A DNA stretch of 46,655 nt from a virus (IMGVR_UViG_3300043389_000001:1-46655), one strand, 5' to 3'; counted from the first letter of the stretch, positions 9,132 to 18,776 are shown. A program made the numbers and translations. The notes: generated by a model not told the origin, from the sequence alone.

Positions 9132-9511
9132 GCGAGAACTACGACGGCTACGACGACGAGTACGACGTCGAACTACCCTCCGAGGAGGAAACCATGACCG
9201 AGGCCACCCCCACCCGCAACCTGTCCATCGTGCGGTTCCCCGAAGGCGCGCACCGCTCCGCCTCCGGCCTGCCCAAGTTCGAGGGCCAGGACGTCGACTT
9301 CGCCCGGCTGAAGCTGACCTCCGCCAGCGATCTGGAGGTCAACGACGAGGCCCACCACATCGACGACATCGTGCGCCTGCAGGTCGAAGGCCGCGTCGTG
9401 CGGGTGGATCACGTCGTGGACGAGCGCACCGGCCACCTCAAGCGCGTGCACACCGTCAAGGTCTCCGAAGCCATCGAGCTGACCTGGGACGACTCGGTCG
9501 ACAAGCTATGA
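9128..9511 (+). CDS. Hypothetical protein
   Basis: ATGA overlaps at both ends, strong codon bias. Confidence 0.7.
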   Translation: MSENYDGYDDEYDVELPSEEETMTEATPTRNLSIVRFPEGAHRSASGLPKFEGQDVDFARLKLTSASDLEVNDEAHHIDDIVRLQVEGRVVRVDHVVDERTGHLKRVHTVKVSEAIELTWDDSVDKL

Positions 9512-9804
9512 CCCCACCGTTCATCGGCGACCAATCCCCCATGGCCTACGCCGAATCGCTGGGCCTGTCAGCCGTCTACACCGCCTTCGGCAGGGTCACC
9601 CACTTCGCCCGCTACCAGCACCCCCAGATGGACCGGCTCGCCTTGTGCTCGGTTCATCCGCGCTGGCCATGGACGTGGTACGGCACCGGCAACCAGGACG
9701 AGATCGACAAGGCCGAGTCGATGCCGCTGTGCACCCGATGCTTGGAAAACCTCACCGGGCTCAAAGAATCTGACACAACCTCATGGGTCGGTGATCACGA
9801 GTGA
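9508..9804 (+). CDS. Hypothetical protein (H..C..CxxC)
   Basis: Coupled ORF; RVTH, ALC, LCTRC. Confidence 0.65.
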   Translation: MTPPFIGDQSPMAYAESLGLSAVYTAFGRVTHFARYQHPQMDRLALCSVHPRWPWTWYGTGNQDEIDKAESMPLCTRCLENLTGLKESDTTSWVGDHE

Positions 9805-10085
9805 GCGTCCCCTTCGACCCCGCCGGAATCGCCGAGTTCAAGCCGGCCCGCGCCCTGCCGTTCCACATCAGCTCCATCAACCTGAACCCCGATGGATCAC
9901 TGGAGATCCAGTACCTCGACAAAGAGGTGGATGTGAAGGCCATCGGCGCTGTCCTCATGCACAGCCTGCTCGTGCCACCGACCGAGGACTACGCCGACAA
10001 CATCCAATCCATCCGCGATGCAGCCGGTTTCCTCGTGGCGGACGTGACCGAGGACTGGGACAACCTCGAACCCGACATGGAGTAG
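9801..10085 (+). CDS. Hypothetical protein
   Basis: GTGA overlap, codon bias. Confidence 0.65.
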   Translation: MSVPFDPAGIAEFKPARALPFHISSINLNPDGSLEIQYLDKEVDVKAIGAVLMHSLLVPPTEDYADNIQSIRDAAGFLVADVTEDWDNLEPDME

Positions 10086-10087
10086 AC

Positions 10088-10435
10088 ATGACCCTCGTCC
10101 CCAGCATCCCCACGAACAAGGCGCCCCGCAGGATTGTGTGCCCCGCCTGCCGGGCCCTCGGTTCCGGCGAGGACTGCGTCGAGCGCATTGGACATGCCAG
10201 ACGCGAGAAGTCAGAGCCGGACATGAAGGTCACCGAGTACGACGAGCCCGAGTTCGCCGACCTTGAAGTGGTGGTCCGGTTCTCCGTATCCACCGAGGTC
10301 GACGGCGAACCGCTACGCCAGAAGGCGCTCGCCCTGCAGGCCGAGCTGGCCGACTCCCCGGACGCGCTGATCGCGTTCGTGGACGACTACAGCTCCTATG
10401 ACGTGCAGGTTCTCACCCCAGCCGAGCATGGCTGA
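10088..10435 (+). CDS. Hypothetical protein
   Basis: GGAG before ATG 10088; CPAC motif; acidic C-terminal half. Confidence 0.55.
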   Translation: MTLVPSIPTNKAPRRIVCPACRALGSGEDCVERIGHARREKSEPDMKVTEYDEPEFADLEVVVRFSVSTEVDGEPLRQKALALQAELADSPDALIAFVDDYSSYDVQVLTPAEHG

Positions 10436-10823
10436 AACCTCAAAGGAGCGGGCTGCCAGCGAAACGCTGGCCATCCCGCAGTGGGTCCGAGACGTCGTCG
10501 ATGAACGCGATCAGCAGACCTGCCGGGTCTGCGGCAGGCACCTCGGCGACGCTCGGGCCCTGCATCACATCCGCTTCGGGGGCAGCCGACAAGGCATGGG
10601 CGGGCGGCGCGACCACGACCCATCCAACCTGGTCACCGTTTGCTGGATGTACGGACCAGGCAAGGGATTGCCCCCCTGCCACGACCTCGTACACCGCGAA
10701 AAGGGCACATACCTGCCGCTGCTGGAGTACGTCGCCACCCACCCCGGAGTGACGGCCTTCCAGCTTCGGCGTTGGCGCAAAGCAGAAGGAGACCAGCGTG
10801 AGCACAGGACTGATCGCGGCTGA
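10428..10823 (+). CDS. HNH endonuclease
   Basis: RD..TCRVCG, LHHI, SNLVTVC...CHDLVH. Confidence 0.82.
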   Translation: MAETSKERAASETLAIPQWVRDVVDERDQQTCRVCGRHLGDARALHHIRFGGSRQGMGGRRDHDPSNLVTVCWMYGPGKGLPPCHDLVHREKGTYLPLLEYVATHPGVTAFQLRRWRKAEGDQREHRTDRG

Positions 10824-12786
10824 CGGCACCATCACCGACCCCTACCGCCAGTTCATCGCGGTCAGTCGCTACGCCCGATGGCTCGACAGCGCAGGCCGCC
10901 GGGAAACGTGGAGCGAAACCGTCACCCGATACGTCGACTTCTTCCGCGAGCACCTGGTCGAAGGCCACGGCTACGACCCGCTGGACCCCACCTTCCACGA
11001 GGTGCACGAGGCGATCCTGAACCACCGGGTCATGCCCTCCATGCGCGCCCTCATGACCGCCGGGCCGGCCCTGAAGCGCTCGCACATCGCCGGGTACAAC
11101 TGCTCCTTCATCGCCGTGGACGACCCCCGCGCCTTCGACGAGGCCATGTACATTTTGCTCAACGGCACCGGCGTCGGGTTCTCCGTAGAAGCACGCCACG
11201 TCGAGAAGCTGCCGCATGTGCCCGCCGCATTCTGGGCTTCGAAAACCACCATCACCGTGCAGGACAGCAAGGAGGGCTGGGCTGAGGCGTTCCGCGACCT
11301 GCTGGACGAACTGTGGACCGGCCTCATCCCCTCGATCGACTACAGCCAGATCCGACCTGCCGGAGCACGCCTGAAGACCTTCGGCGGCCGGGCATCAGGC
11401 CCCGAACCACTCCAGCGGCTCTTCGACTTTGCCATCAACCAGTTCAAGATCGCCGCTGGGCGTGCCCTGACACCGATCGAGGCACACGACCTGATGTGCT
11501 ACGTCGGCGACGTCGTCGTCTCAGGTGGAGTGCGCCGCTCAGCGCTGATCAGCCTCTCGGACCTGTCCGACCAGAACATGGCCACCGCCAAGTCCGGTGC
11601 CTGGTGGGAGAAGACCGGTCACCGCCGCCTGGCCAACAACAGCGCCGTCTACATGAACAAGCCCACCCCTGAGCAGTTCGAGCGCGAGTGGAACAACCTG
11701 ATCGAGTCCCAGTCCGGTGAGCGCGGCATCTACAACCTTGCCGGCGCCCGCGACCATGCCACCGCGCAGGGCCGCGACGGCTCCCGCATCGACGGGACTA
11801 ACCCGTGCGGGGAGATCCTGCTGCGCAACATGGAGTTCTGTAATCTCACCGAGGTCGTCATCGACCCCGATGACACGATGACCGAGCTGATCGACAAGGT
11901 TCGCATCGCCGCCATCATCGGCACGTGGCAGTCCACCCTCGTGGACTTTCAGCACCTGCGCCCGCAGTGGCGCGAGAACTGCGTCCAGGAACGGCTGCTG
12001 GGCGTCAGCCTCACCGGCATCTACGGTCACCCGGTCCTGTCCAACCCCGACGCCGCGTGCCTGCCCGAGGCGCTGAACGACATGCGCCAGATGGCCCACA
12101 TCACCAACCAGCGCGAAGCTCTCAAGGCCGGGATCGCCGCCTCCGCCGCCATCACCTGCGTCAAGCCCTCGGGCACCGTCAGCCAGCTCACGGGCGTCTC
12201 CTCCGGCATCCACCCGTGGCACGCCAAGCAGTACATCCGCACCGTGCGGGGCAACAACACCGACCCGCTGACCAAGATGATGACCGACTACGGCGTCCCC
12301 CACGAGCCGGACATCATGAAGCCCGACACCACCACCGTGTTCTCCTTCCCCGTCAAGGCCCCGGCCGGCGCCACCATCGGCGATGACATCACTGCGCTGG
12401 AGCACCTGAAGCTGTGGGCGCTGTACCGCAAGCACTGGACCGACCACAATCCCTCCATCACTGTCTCGGTGTTGCCCGAGGAGTGGGCCGAGGTCGCCGA
12501 CTGGGTGTACGAGAACTGGGACGCTGTCGGCGGGATCAGCTTCCTGCCCAAGGATCTGGGCATCTACCAGCAGGCCCCGTATCAGCCGTGCGACGAGGTC
12601 ACCTACGCCCGCATGGTCAAGAAGATGCCGGAGATCGACTGGACCTCGCTGTCGTTCTACGAGCAGACTGACTCCACCACCAGTTCACAGGAACTGGCGT
12701 GCACCGCCGGGGCTTGCGAGATCGTCGATATCGCGAGTGTCCCTGCAGTAGGGAGTATTCAGACATTGCAAGCGATCAGCGCATGA
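10798..12786 (+). CDS. nrdJ: Class II (adenosylcobalamin-dependent) ribonucleotide reductase
   Basis: MPSMRAL, YNCSF, GTGVGFS, GGVRRSA, TNPCGEI, FCNLTE, VKPSGT, C-terminal CTAGAC redox pair; no beta-subunit gene adjacent. Confidence 0.9.
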   Translation: MSTGLIAADGTITDPYRQFIAVSRYARWLDSAGRRETWSETVTRYVDFFREHLVEGHGYDPLDPTFHEVHEAILNHRVMPSMRALMTAGPALKRSHIAGYNCSFIAVDDPRAFDEAMYILLNGTGVGFSVEARHVEKLPHVPAAFWASKTTITVQDSKEGWAEAFRDLLDELWTGLIPSIDYSQIRPAGARLKTFGGRASGPEPLQRLFDFAINQFKIAAGRALTPIEAHDLMCYVGDVVVSGGVRRSALISLSDLSDQNMATAKSGAWWEKTGHRRLANNSAVYMNKPTPEQFEREWNNLIESQSGERGIYNLAGARDHATAQGRDGSRIDGTNPCGEILLRNMEFCNLTEVVIDPDDTMTELIDKVRIAAIIGTWQSTLVDFQHLRPQWRENCVQERLLGVSLTGIYGHPVLSNPDAACLPEALNDMRQMAHITNQREALKAGIAASAAITCVKPSGTVSQLTGVSSGIHPWHAKQYIRTVRGNNTDPLTKMMTDYGVPHEPDIMKPDTTTVFSFPVKAPAGATIGDDITALEHLKLWALYRKHWTDHNPSITVSVLPEEWAEVADWVYENWDAVGGISFLPKDLGIYQQAPYQPCDEVTYARMVKKMPEIDWTSLSFYEQTDSTTSSQELACTAGACEIVDIASVPAVGSIQTLQAISA

Positions 12787-13097
12787 TGCACTCGAACCCC
12801 TATCTTGCGTCAAGGACAGGCACATGGACCCCGACCGAGCCCGCGTGGCTGGCTCCGGTGACGTATATCAGCCCTCAAGCGGAGGCAGCCCACGTGATCG
12901 CGAACAGAAAGGCCAGCCAGAAGATCTCGCCGGCAGTGACGGCGGCTCTGGCAGTGCTGGGGACGGTGACAGCGATGGTGCTGGCGGTGCTCATCGCCTA
13001 CCGCAGTGGCCTGCGCCTGCAGACCCTGACCGGCGAACCGCCCTTCGGCGTCGGGGCCCTGGGGGACGACACCGAGAACGACACCGACCAGGAGTGA
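12783..13097 (+). CDS. Single-pass membrane protein
   Basis: ATGA overlap with RNR stop; hydrophobic AVTAALAVLGTVTAMVLAVLIAY. Confidence 0.6.
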   Translation: MMHSNPYLASRTGTWTPTEPAWLAPVTYISPQAEAAHVIANRKASQKISPAVTAALAVLGTVTAMVLAVLIAYRSGLRLQTLTGEPPFGVGALGDDTENDTDQE

Positions 13098-13237
13098 CCA
13101 GACCCGGGCGGGTGGGCCGCCACACACGGCGGCGGCCCACCCGCAAGGACTTCACCCTGTGGGGCACGTTCATCGTCGTGGTGTTCGCGCTGGTCGTGGT
13201 GGCGGCCGTGCTGATCTTCAGCCGCATGGTGCGCTGA
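13094..13237 (+). CDS. Small membrane protein (47 aa)
   Basis: GTGA overlap; basic N-terminus then FIVVVFALVVVAAVLIF. Confidence 0.55.
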   Translation: MTRPGRVGRHTRRRPTRKDFTLWGTFIVVVFALVVVAAVLIFSRMVR

Positions 13238-13240
13238 GGT

Positions 13241-14413
13241 TCAGACCCGCCGCCAGCGGGCCCACCCCTGCGGGGAGACCCAGCACTCATACTGGTTGCC
13301 GTACTTGTCCAAACCCCTTGTCGGGCCCTTGATGTCACAGGCGTGACCATTGATGACGTCGCGGGCGTAGGTGACCGTGGTGGGGTTGATGGCATCACGC
13401 GCGGTGGCACTCAGTGCCCCCGTCGGGGTGCGCAGGGCGGTGTTGGAGACGATCGGCACCGCCCGCAGGACGTCGTTGAGGGCCTCGATCACGCCGGTGT
13501 CGTACAGCCGGTAGTCCCCGGTGGCGCGTTCCTCGGGGCCGATGTGGAACCAGACGAAACCTCGGATGCGCGGGGTGGCCTCAAGGTAGCCGGCCAAGGA
13601 CTTGGTCCACTGCGGTGCGGGGACTCCGGCTTGGTTGATGCCGTTCTGGGCGCCCATCTCGGGGATCACGAAGTCCCGCTGGGTGATGGTGGCCAGCTTG
13701 GCGAACGTCTTGCCGTAGGTGGTGGCCGCGTCCTTGTCCCACCCGTACCCGGTGGTGCCGGCGAAGTCGACGCGGTCATCGCCGGGCCACACGGTGGACA
13801 GGTCCGGCGCCGTGATGCGCAGATTGTTGATCGCCGCGCACGCCCACACCCACCGGATCTTGGTGGCCTGAGCGAAGATCGCGCGCACCCGGTTCCAGAA
13901 CGCGATGTACTCAGCAGCGGTGTTGCCGTTCTGGCCCACCGCCCACGGGTACCAGTGCCCATTCATCTCGTGGGCCAAGCGCAGGTACACCGGCTTGTCG
14001 AACGCCGCGATCAGCGCGGCGATCTTGCCCAGTTCGGCGTCGTAGCGCCCGGCGATGAACTCGCGCAGCGCCAGCTCCGGGCCCATGTCCATGGGCTTGG
14101 AGTCCCAGAACCACGGCTCCAGCGTCAGGAACGGTGTCAGGCCCCGGGAGTCGAAGCGCTGCAGGGTCTCGATGCCGAAGCCGCCGGTGAGCTTGACGAA
14201 GTAGGCGCCCACGGCCGGGCGGCGCACCAGCGGGGCCGTGACCTGATCCAGCAGGGCTAGGTCACGGCCGGGCACGAACACCCCGTACCAGCGGTTGGGT
14301 GGATACACGGGCTCGTCCCCTCGAAGCACGGCGTAGGCGGCTGCACCAGTGATCGTCAGACCGGCAGCGGCAAGGAAGGCACGCCGGCTTCGAGGGGACT
14401 CGGGTTCGCTCAT
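13241..14413 (-). CDS. Glycoside hydrolase family 26 with Tat signal
   Basis: SRRAFL twin-arginine plus hydrophobic stretch; TLEPW, G.YD, YLRLAHEMNGHWYPW (acid/base), WPGDD.VD, IPEMG (nucleophile); ATGA-coupled to upstream GT2. Confidence 0.88.
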   Translation of the reverse strand: MSEPESPRSRRAFLAAAGLTITGAAAYAVLRGDEPVYPPNRWYGVFVPGRDLALLDQVTAPLVRRPAVGAYFVKLTGGFGIETLQRFDSRGLTPFLTLEPWFWDSKPMDMGPELALREFIAGRYDAELGKIAALIAAFDKPVYLRLAHEMNGHWYPWAVGQNGNTAAEYIAFWNRVRAIFAQATKIRWVWACAAINNLRITAPDLSTVWPGDDRVDFAGTTGYGWDKDAATTYGKTFAKLATITQRDFVIPEMGAQNGINQAGVPAPQWTKSLAGYLEATPRIRGFVWFHIGPEERATGDYRLYDTGVIEALNDVLRAVPIVSNTALRTPTGALSATARDAINPTTVTYARDVINGHACDIKGPTRGLDKYGNQYECWVSPQGWARWRRV

Positions 14414-17400
14414 GTGCTGACGAAAATCCTTCCCACCAGCGGGGCGAGGTAGTACGAGTACGCGGTGGAGATGTGCGACTCATCCCGGTACACCAGCAGG
14501 TTGCCCACGATCGAGGGGCAGTCCTCGCCCCCGCAGAACCAGTCCATCGGGTCGATGTAGGCGATGTGCGCCGCCGTCAGCGTCTCGGCCAGCCGATCCC
14601 CTCGACCGGAGTACGCCGCCGCGTACTGCCGCTTGACCGTGCACGAGCCCACATCATTCAGATTCAGCGCCACACAGTCCGGCACCGACTCCTGGTGGTA
14701 GGGGGTGTCCCCCACGTACACCACCGGAATGTCCGCCTGCTGCAACAAGTCCAAGCTGACGGCGGTCTGCTGCGCCCACTGCTGGTCCGAAACACCGTCA
14801 CCGGGGACCGAGTTCGACTGTGACACGATCACCAGGTCCGGGCCGGTCAGCTTGATCTTCTCGATGACCTCCTTGCGCCAGGTGTTGCACTCGGTGAAGT
14901 TGCGGGCCAGCACCGTGTTGAACACCGTGATGTCCGCCAGCGGGCACGCCGCCTTGGTCCACGCATACAGCTTCCACCCCTGATCGCGGGCGGCCTTGTC
15001 CAGACCCGGCAGCCACTGCTGGGCGTGGGAGTCGCCCACGAGGATGGCGGTGCGCTTGGGGTCCTCGCGGTCCCCGTAGACGCAGTCCGAGGGGATGGCG
15101 ATCTTGGTGTAGTCGAGGTGGCAGCCGTTCTTGGACGTGACCGGCTGGTCCTTGCCGGCCTCCTCCAGCGTCGGGGTCAGGTTCGAGGGCGCCGAGGTGA
15201 TCTGCGTGCCCTCCACCACCGCTCGCTGCACCGCCGCCAGACCGCCGGTGTCGAGGCTGACGGTCACCGCCGCAGCGCCCGATCCGATCAGCGGTGGCAT
15301 CGTCCACATTGCGATCAGCGCCACCACCGCCACGGTGGCTGACATGCCCAGGCCCAGTGAGGTCCACAGCAGCTTGCGCAGGTGGGTGCGGCGCACCGGG
15401 GACTCGATGACCCAGTACGACAGCGTGGCCACCCACAGGGCCAGCACCATGAGCTGCAGGTTGGTGCCCCACCCGAACTGGAACTTGAACAGGAACGGCG
15501 CCAGGATCACGAACGGCCAGTGCCACAGGTACCACGAGTAGCTGACCGCCCCGATGCCCTGCATGGGCCGGCGATCCAGCAGGATCTCTGCGCTGCCTGC
15601 CGTCTTGCGGCACCCGGCCGCGATCACCGCCACCGTGGCGGCCACCGGCCAGATCGCCGCCGAGCCCGGGAACGGGGTCTCGTCGGTGAACACGAACGCC
15701 GTGGCCAAGATCCCGATCAGGCCCACCCACGACAGGGCCACCGCCAGCCACGCGGGCTGACGCGACAGCCGCTGAGCGCCCAGCGCCAGCAGCGCACCGG
15801 CCGCCAGCTCCCACGCCCGGGTGTGCAGGGAGAAGTAGGCCAGCGGAGCGTTGGAGGCGGTCACCGTCACCGACAGGTACACGCCCGTGGCCACCACAGC
15901 CAGCAGCACGCCGGTCACCACGGTCTTGAAGTGCCGGCGTCCCAGCCACAGGCACGCCATCAGCAGCAGCGGCCACACGAAGTAGAACTGCTCCTCCACC
16001 CCCAGGGACCAGAAGTGCTGCAAGGGGCTCTCGGGGCCGGCGGCGTTCTGGTAGTCCACGCCCTCGTGGGCCAGCCGGTAGTTCAGCCCGTAGGCGGCGG
16101 TGTAGACCGCGTGCATGGCGATCTGCTTGAACTGGAACGGGCTGCCGAACTGGCGGGCCACCAGCACCGTGGTCACCAGCACCACGGCGGCCGGGGGGAT
16201 GAGGCGGCGGAAGCGGTTGGCGTAGAAGTGGCCGAAGTGGATGCGCCCGGTGCGCTCGACCTCGCGCATCAACTGCCCGGTGATCAGGAACCCGGAGATC
16301 ACAAAGAACACGTCCACGCCCACATAGCCGCCGGTCAGGTACGGCACCGAGGCGTGGTACAGCACCACCAGCAGCACACCGATAGCCCGCAACCCCTGAA
16401 TGTCGGGGCGGAAGCGCCGCACCCCAGCAGCCTCAGGGCGCAGGTCCATGGGCGGGCGGACCTCGGGCACCTCCAGCACCGGGATCGGCGCTGTCGTGGG
16501 CACCACGAACCGCTGAGCGGGGATCGTCGCGGTCACCGACCCCGCCGGTTCGCTGGTCGGGACCGGTGCGGGGGCCTTGACCTTCTTGCCGGTGGAGACG
16601 AACAGCAGCGGCAGGTGGATGTACGTGGCCAGCGATGCCAGCGCGAGCATCGCCCAGAACTTCTCGAAGCCGTAGACGTACGTGCCGTGCAGCAGACCGA
16701 TCCACAGCAGCGAGTACGTCGTGCCCACGTAGATCTTCATGGTGCGCCCGATGGTCACCGACAGCGGCGTGGTGCGGGTGTTCGCGGCCCCGGTGGCCAC
16801 CCACTCCTTGGTGCGCCCGGTCAGCAGGTGCACGATCGCCACCGCATGGGCGAAGGAGTACAGCACCTGGATGCGCAGCACCTCGATCCGCCAGCGGCCC
16901 TTCATCACGCTCGGCAGGATCACGAACCACAACAGCAGCGCACCCAGCAGCCAGATCGAGTTCATCGGCTCGATCCACTGCGGCAGGAAGAACAGCATCG
17001 CCAGCGCCGGCAGCGGCGCGGTGAACGCATTCAGGCCGGTGGAGATGTAGTACAGGAACCCGGCCCAGAAGCACAGACGCTGGCGGAAGGAGATGTGCTG
17101 GGCGGCGTGGAAGTTCTTGTCCGCCAGCAGCGACATCGAGCCCGTGCACCAGCGGTACTGCTGATTCAGGAACCCCGAGACCGTGTCCGGGCACAGGCCC
17201 TTGGAGATGATGATCGGCACGTACCGCACGTGGAAGCCGACCTTCATCAGGTTCACGCCGGTGTGCACGTCCTCGGAGTGGCCGATCTGCGCGAACCCGC
17301 CGGACTCCTCCAGCGCTGAACGCCGGTACACCGCACAGGTGCCCACGCAGATGGCCGCACGGGACTTGTCCCGGGAGGGCTGGATGAACCGGTAGAACAA

Positions 17401-18264
17401 CTCCTGCGTAGAGCCGGCGCAGCGCTGCAGCCAGTTCATTCGCTTGTCGGTGTCGAAGAACTGCGGGGTCTGCACGATCCCGACGGTGGGGTCCTCGAAG
17501 TACGGCAGGATCTCATCCAGTGCGTCATGGCGGGGCGCAAAGTCAGCGTCGAGGATCAGGATGAAGTCGCCGTCGGATCGGTCGTAGCCGAACTTCAGGT
17601 TCCCGGCCTTCTTCAGATAACCCCGGTTGGGCCGGGTCAGGTAGTGAAACCCGAACTCGTCGGCTATGTCCAGCACCTCGGGCCGGGCCGAATCATCCAG
17701 CACGTAGACGTTCAGCTCCGCCGGCCACGCCAGATGGGCGACGTACCAGTAGGTGTTGCGCAGGATGTCCAGCGGCTCACCGGCCGAGGGCAGGAAAACA
17801 TCCACGCTGGGCAGGTAATCCGGATTCCATGAGGACACCCGGTGCTCGTGGTCGAGCATGTCCGTGCGTTTCCTGCGCCCCGAGGACAGCAAGCTGATCA
17901 GCAGCGTCAGCGAATACAGGCTCATGGGCAACAGAAACAACAGCAGCCGCGTGTCGGCCGTGGCAAACCGGAAGATCGAGTACGCGATCAGAGCGAACGA
18001 CGTGGCCTGGGCAACCAGCAACCAGCGGTGCTGTTTGCCCATGTACCAGTACTTTTCCCGGTTCGACGGTGGACTGGGATACGGGGAGAGCTGTGGCCTG
18101 TGGACAGGCTTTTCCGTAGCGACATGAGAGGACACGAAAGAGGGGGCCTTCCCGAGAGATAGGTGCGCGTCAACCATCGAAGTGCACTTATCGGTGACCG
18201 GGCACAACTTTCGTGCAGAATCAGCAGAACTGGTGACTGGGTAGTCGTTCAGATGCTGCGCCAT
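14410..18264 (-). CDS. Fusion: cellulose-synthase-like GT2 + acyltransferase-3 + SGNH O-acetyltransferase domain
   Basis: GT2: DVFLP, LDDS, KAGNL, DADF, QTPQ, FYRFIQ, SED, QQYRW. AT3 from about 16420: RPDIQGLRA, GVDVFFVISGFLIT, HFWSLGVEEQFY, SYSWYLWHWP. SGNH: GDSH, DESH. Start may be ATG 18177. Confidence 0.92.
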   Translation of the reverse strand: MAQHLNDYPVTSSADSARKLCPVTDKCTSMVDAHLSLGKAPSFVSSHVATEKPVHRPQLSPYPSPPSNREKYWYMGKQHRWLLVAQATSFALIAYSIFRFATADTRLLLFLLPMSLYSLTLLISLLSSGRRKRTDMLDHEHRVSSWNPDYLPSVDVFLPSAGEPLDILRNTYWYVAHLAWPAELNVYVLDDSARPEVLDIADEFGFHYLTRPNRGYLKKAGNLKFGYDRSDGDFILILDADFAPRHDALDEILPYFEDPTVGIVQTPQFFDTDKRMNWLQRCAGSTQELFYRFIQPSRDKSRAAICVGTCAVYRRSALEESGGFAQIGHSEDVHTGVNLMKVGFHVRYVPIIISKGLCPDTVSGFLNQQYRWCTGSMSLLADKNFHAAQHISFRQRLCFWAGFLYYISTGLNAFTAPLPALAMLFFLPQWIEPMNSIWLLGALLLWFVILPSVMKGRWRIEVLRIQVLYSFAHAVAIVHLLTGRTKEWVATGAANTRTTPLSVTIGRTMKIYVGTTYSLLWIGLLHGTYVYGFEKFWAMLALASLATYIHLPLLFVSTGKKVKAPAPVPTSEPAGSVTATIPAQRFVVPTTAPIPVLEVPEVRPPMDLRPEAAGVRRFRPDIQGLRAIGVLLVVLYHASVPYLTGGYVGVDVFFVISGFLITGQLMREVERTGRIHFGHFYANRFRRLIPPAAVVLVTTVLVARQFGSPFQFKQIAMHAVYTAAYGLNYRLAHEGVDYQNAAGPESPLQHFWSLGVEEQFYFVWPLLLMACLWLGRRHFKTVVTGVLLAVVATGVYLSVTVTASNAPLAYFSLHTRAWELAAGALLALGAQRLSRQPAWLAVALSWVGLIGILATAFVFTDETPFPGSAAIWPVAATVAVIAAGCRKTAGSAEILLDRRPMQGIGAVSYSWYLWHWPFVILAPFLFKFQFGWGTNLQLMVLALWVATLSYWVIESPVRRTHLRKLLWTSLGLGMSATVAVVALIAMWTMPPLIGSGAAAVTVSLDTGGLAAVQRAVVEGTQITSAPSNLTPTLEEAGKDQPVTSKNGCHLDYTKIAIPSDCVYGDREDPKRTAILVGDSHAQQWLPGLDKAARDQGWKLYAWTKAACPLADITVFNTVLARNFTECNTWRKEVIEKIKLTGPDLVIVSQSNSVPGDGVSDQQWAQQTAVSLDLLQQADIPVVYVGDTPYHQESVPDCVALNLNDVGSCTVKRQYAAAYSGRGDRLAETLTAAHIAYIDPMDWFCGGEDCPSIVGNLLVYRDESHISTAYSYYLAPLVGRIFVST

Positions 18265-18267
18265 CTC

Positions 18268-18292
18268 GTCCGGATATCAGACATATCCGGAC
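18268..18292. promoter_or_regulatory. Operator-like inverted repeat GTCCGGATAT-N5-ATATCCGGAC
   Basis: Perfect 10-bp arms directly upstream of the GT2 fusion ORF. Confidence 0.45.
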
Positions 18293-18294
18293 AC

Positions 18295-18328
18295 GAGTAA
18301 GGCCCGGCACGAATGCCGGGCCTTACTC
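18295..18328. terminator. Perfect 15-bp hairpin between lsr2 and the GT2 cassette
   Basis: GAGTAAGGCCCGGCA-CGAA-TGCCGGGCCTTACTC; the minus-strand loop reads UUCG. Confidence 0.65.
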
Positions 18329-18356
18329 CTTCCCCTCCGATCGGCGATCTTAGCGC

Positions 18357-18776
18357 TCAGCTCTCCTGCGCCTGTTCGTAGGCGGCCATCACCTGCGCCG
18401 ACAGACGACCCCGGTCGGTCACGGTGAACCCGTTCTCCTTCGCCCATGCGCGCACGTGTGAGGAGTTCACCTCGTGGTTCGGCTTCCGCTTCGAACGGGT
18501 CTTCTGTTTGCGCTGCGGGCGCGGGGTCAACTGCTCGACCTTGTCCTCCAGCAGCGTCAGCTCCGTATCCAGATCGCCCTCGAACGCCGTGGCTTCCGGG
18601 TTGTAGTGGTGCTCACCGATGACCGCCGCCTTCGCCACGTATAAGGCCATCATCTCGTGAAACAATTTCTGGTTCTTTTCCGCCAGGTCGATCGAGTACG
18701 TCTTCCCCTCGTACCCGAACACCACCTGCTCGGCCCCGATCGTGCCGTCGAGGTCGTCGGTGCGCGTCCAGCCCAT
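18357..18776 (-). CDS. lsr2: Lsr2-family nucleoid-associated protein
   Basis: DDLDG...V.FG..G..Y.IDL dimerisation domain; VRAWAKENG..V..RGRL AT-hook domain; RBS AGGAGG. Confidence 0.9.
   Translation of the reverse strand: MGWTRTDDLDGTIGAEQVVFGYEGKTYSIDLAEKNQKLFHEMMALYVAKAAVIGEHHYNPEATAFEGDLDTELTLLEDKVEQLTPRPQRKQKTRSKRKPNHEVNSSHVRAWAKENGFTVTDRGRLSAQVMAAYEQAQES

Noticed and set aside
10428-12786. HNH/RNR overlap as an intron or intein
   Set aside because: The RNR frame is continuous and of normal size with no intein motifs; the HNH is a free-standing upstream gene
15382-17319. 645-aa + strand ORF, and similar long antisense ORFs elsewhere
   Set aside because: Mirror frames of high-GC genes on the other strand; no motifs or RBS
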